A DNA stretch of 63,299 bases, counting the filler, from Reticulomyxa filosa (taxonomy: Eukaryota; Protista; Foraminifera), in the NCBI GenBank assembly GCA_000512085.1. It is 21 parts of 21 records of this genome, joined end to end, with 100 filler letters (N's around TTAATTAATTAA, not from the genome) between each part and the next. Parts side by side here need not be neighbours in the genome. Positions count along the whole stretch, not along the records: positions 62,210 to 63,299 come from ASPP01034374.1; 20 more parts are not named here. The stretch is one strand, 5' to 3'. Of the stretch, positions 62,110 through 63,299 are shown one piece after another. The position numbers and the translations under genes are program-made. Position 1 is the first letter of the stretch. Every line of letters begins with the position of its first letter. Under the pieces are notes generated by a model that worked only from the letters and a program-made list of their open reading frames with translations, searched no databases and was not told the DNA's origin.

Positions 62110-63299
62110 NNNNNNNNNNNNNNNNNNNNNNNNNNNNNNNNNNNNNNNNNNNNTTAATTAATTAANNNNNNNNNNNNNNNNNNNNNNNNNNNNNNNNNNN
62201 NNNNNNNNNGTCTTTAATTGCTTTAGCCAATAAACGTTGTGTACAGTAAACTGTAATAATTGCATCAATTTTTTTTCCACAACCGCAACAATGTCTAAAG
62301 TTTGCAAATCATTTGAAGACTGTATATGTCCTCAACTCAAATTTTCATTGTCTTTTTGAAATAGAATTTCAGTCGATTTTATTAAATTACACTAATCATA
62401 ATGTCCAATCGATTGCAGGATATCGTCATCTTCGTATAAAACAAACATCTTTTTAATTTAAATAATTAGTCTTTGAATGAAGATAAGTCATTTTGTTTCT
62501 TTTTTAATTATTGTTATAAATTTTGTATAATTATTACGTTATCTTCAATAGTATGTTGAAGATTGTGTAATAAGCTTTCGTAAAACAATATATGTTTCTG
62601 TATACCCTTTTCGCATACTATGTGTATTCAATCAACAACACTTAAATATATCCTTTTTTTTACAATACATACCTGACTACTGGTCATATAATAGCATAAA
62701 ATTTTTATTCGTTATATTCTGTTATTTCATCGTCAGCAATCAATTCTTTCAATTTGCGTTTGGTTTTTTTCTTTGATATGTTGATATTTGTATTCGTATT
62801 CGTATTTTCGTTTATGATCGTCTTATTATTTTTGTATTAGTGCATGTACTTATTAGTCTTTGCGTTAGTAACCTTCTTCGTTTTTGTATTCTCCATCATG
62901 TTCGTATTCGTCCTTGTCATTGTTTTTGTGTCGATGTTGTCACTATCTTTGTCATTGATGTTGATATCATTTTCTGTACAATATATGTGCACATATACTT
63001 GTCAATATATCTGGACCGATTTCATTCGCGCTTCGAGAGTATAGTGACTTCAATTCTTTATGCTTGTCTTTATTTGACACAGTTTCATTCTGCAAAGGAA
63101 AAACTCTTTTTTAAAAAATTTAATAAGTTCAGAATTTTATGGAACTAGATATTTGTGACTTCTTTGAAATGTGCAGTAAAAAAGTCAATGAAAATAAATA
63201 AAAACAGAACAACCAACCATGGTCATTTTCATTAGTTATCACTCAGTAAACACAAATCAACAAGTTCAATCACAGTTTGCTCACTGTTAACTTTTTTAG

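Noticed and set aside
7171-62209. Regular TTAATTAATTAA motif flanked by Ns, as a repeat or CRISPR-like array
   Set aside because: Artificial all-frame stop linker used to concatenate contigs
62210-63299. Hydrophobic plus-strand ORFs near the end of the window
   Set aside because: Low-complexity AT-rich sequence with no supportable family assignment

Overview
This is eukaryotic, AT-rich, intron-containing DNA, not one locus. It is about 21 unrelated small contigs joined by artificial 100-bp N-TTAATTAATTAA-N spacers, so adjacency across spacers means nothing. Expanded WD40/pentapeptide and Kelch-type families, many pseudogenes and simple-repeat-filled introns resemble the foraminiferan Reticulomyxa filosa (inference). 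Recognisable genes include a peroxisomal Nudix CoA diphosphatase, a USP47/USP7-like deubiquitinase, RPL3, poly(A) polymerase, an alkyl sulfatase, a MARCH E3 ligase, an XK-related protein, CASC1/DNAI7, a formin, UBE2K/Ubc1, an ankyrin protein, an aldo-keto reductase, an AIG1-type GTPase and an S10 carboxypeptidase. The most interesting signals are: (1) a ~500-bp GC-rich, structured insertion (41080-41580) ending in two interleaved hammerhead ribozymes, with its terminus at a predicted cleavage site; (2) a CUE-like/PUB/ADP-ribosyltransferase-fold protein; (3) a catalytically degenerate OAS/DZF-like nucleotidyltransferase-fold protein; (4) introns with reversed polarity (pyrimidine runs at the donor, poly-A or purine runs at the acceptor); (5) a decayed CRE/SLACS-type retrotransposon. 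All family calls come from reading motifs by eye; no searches were run.
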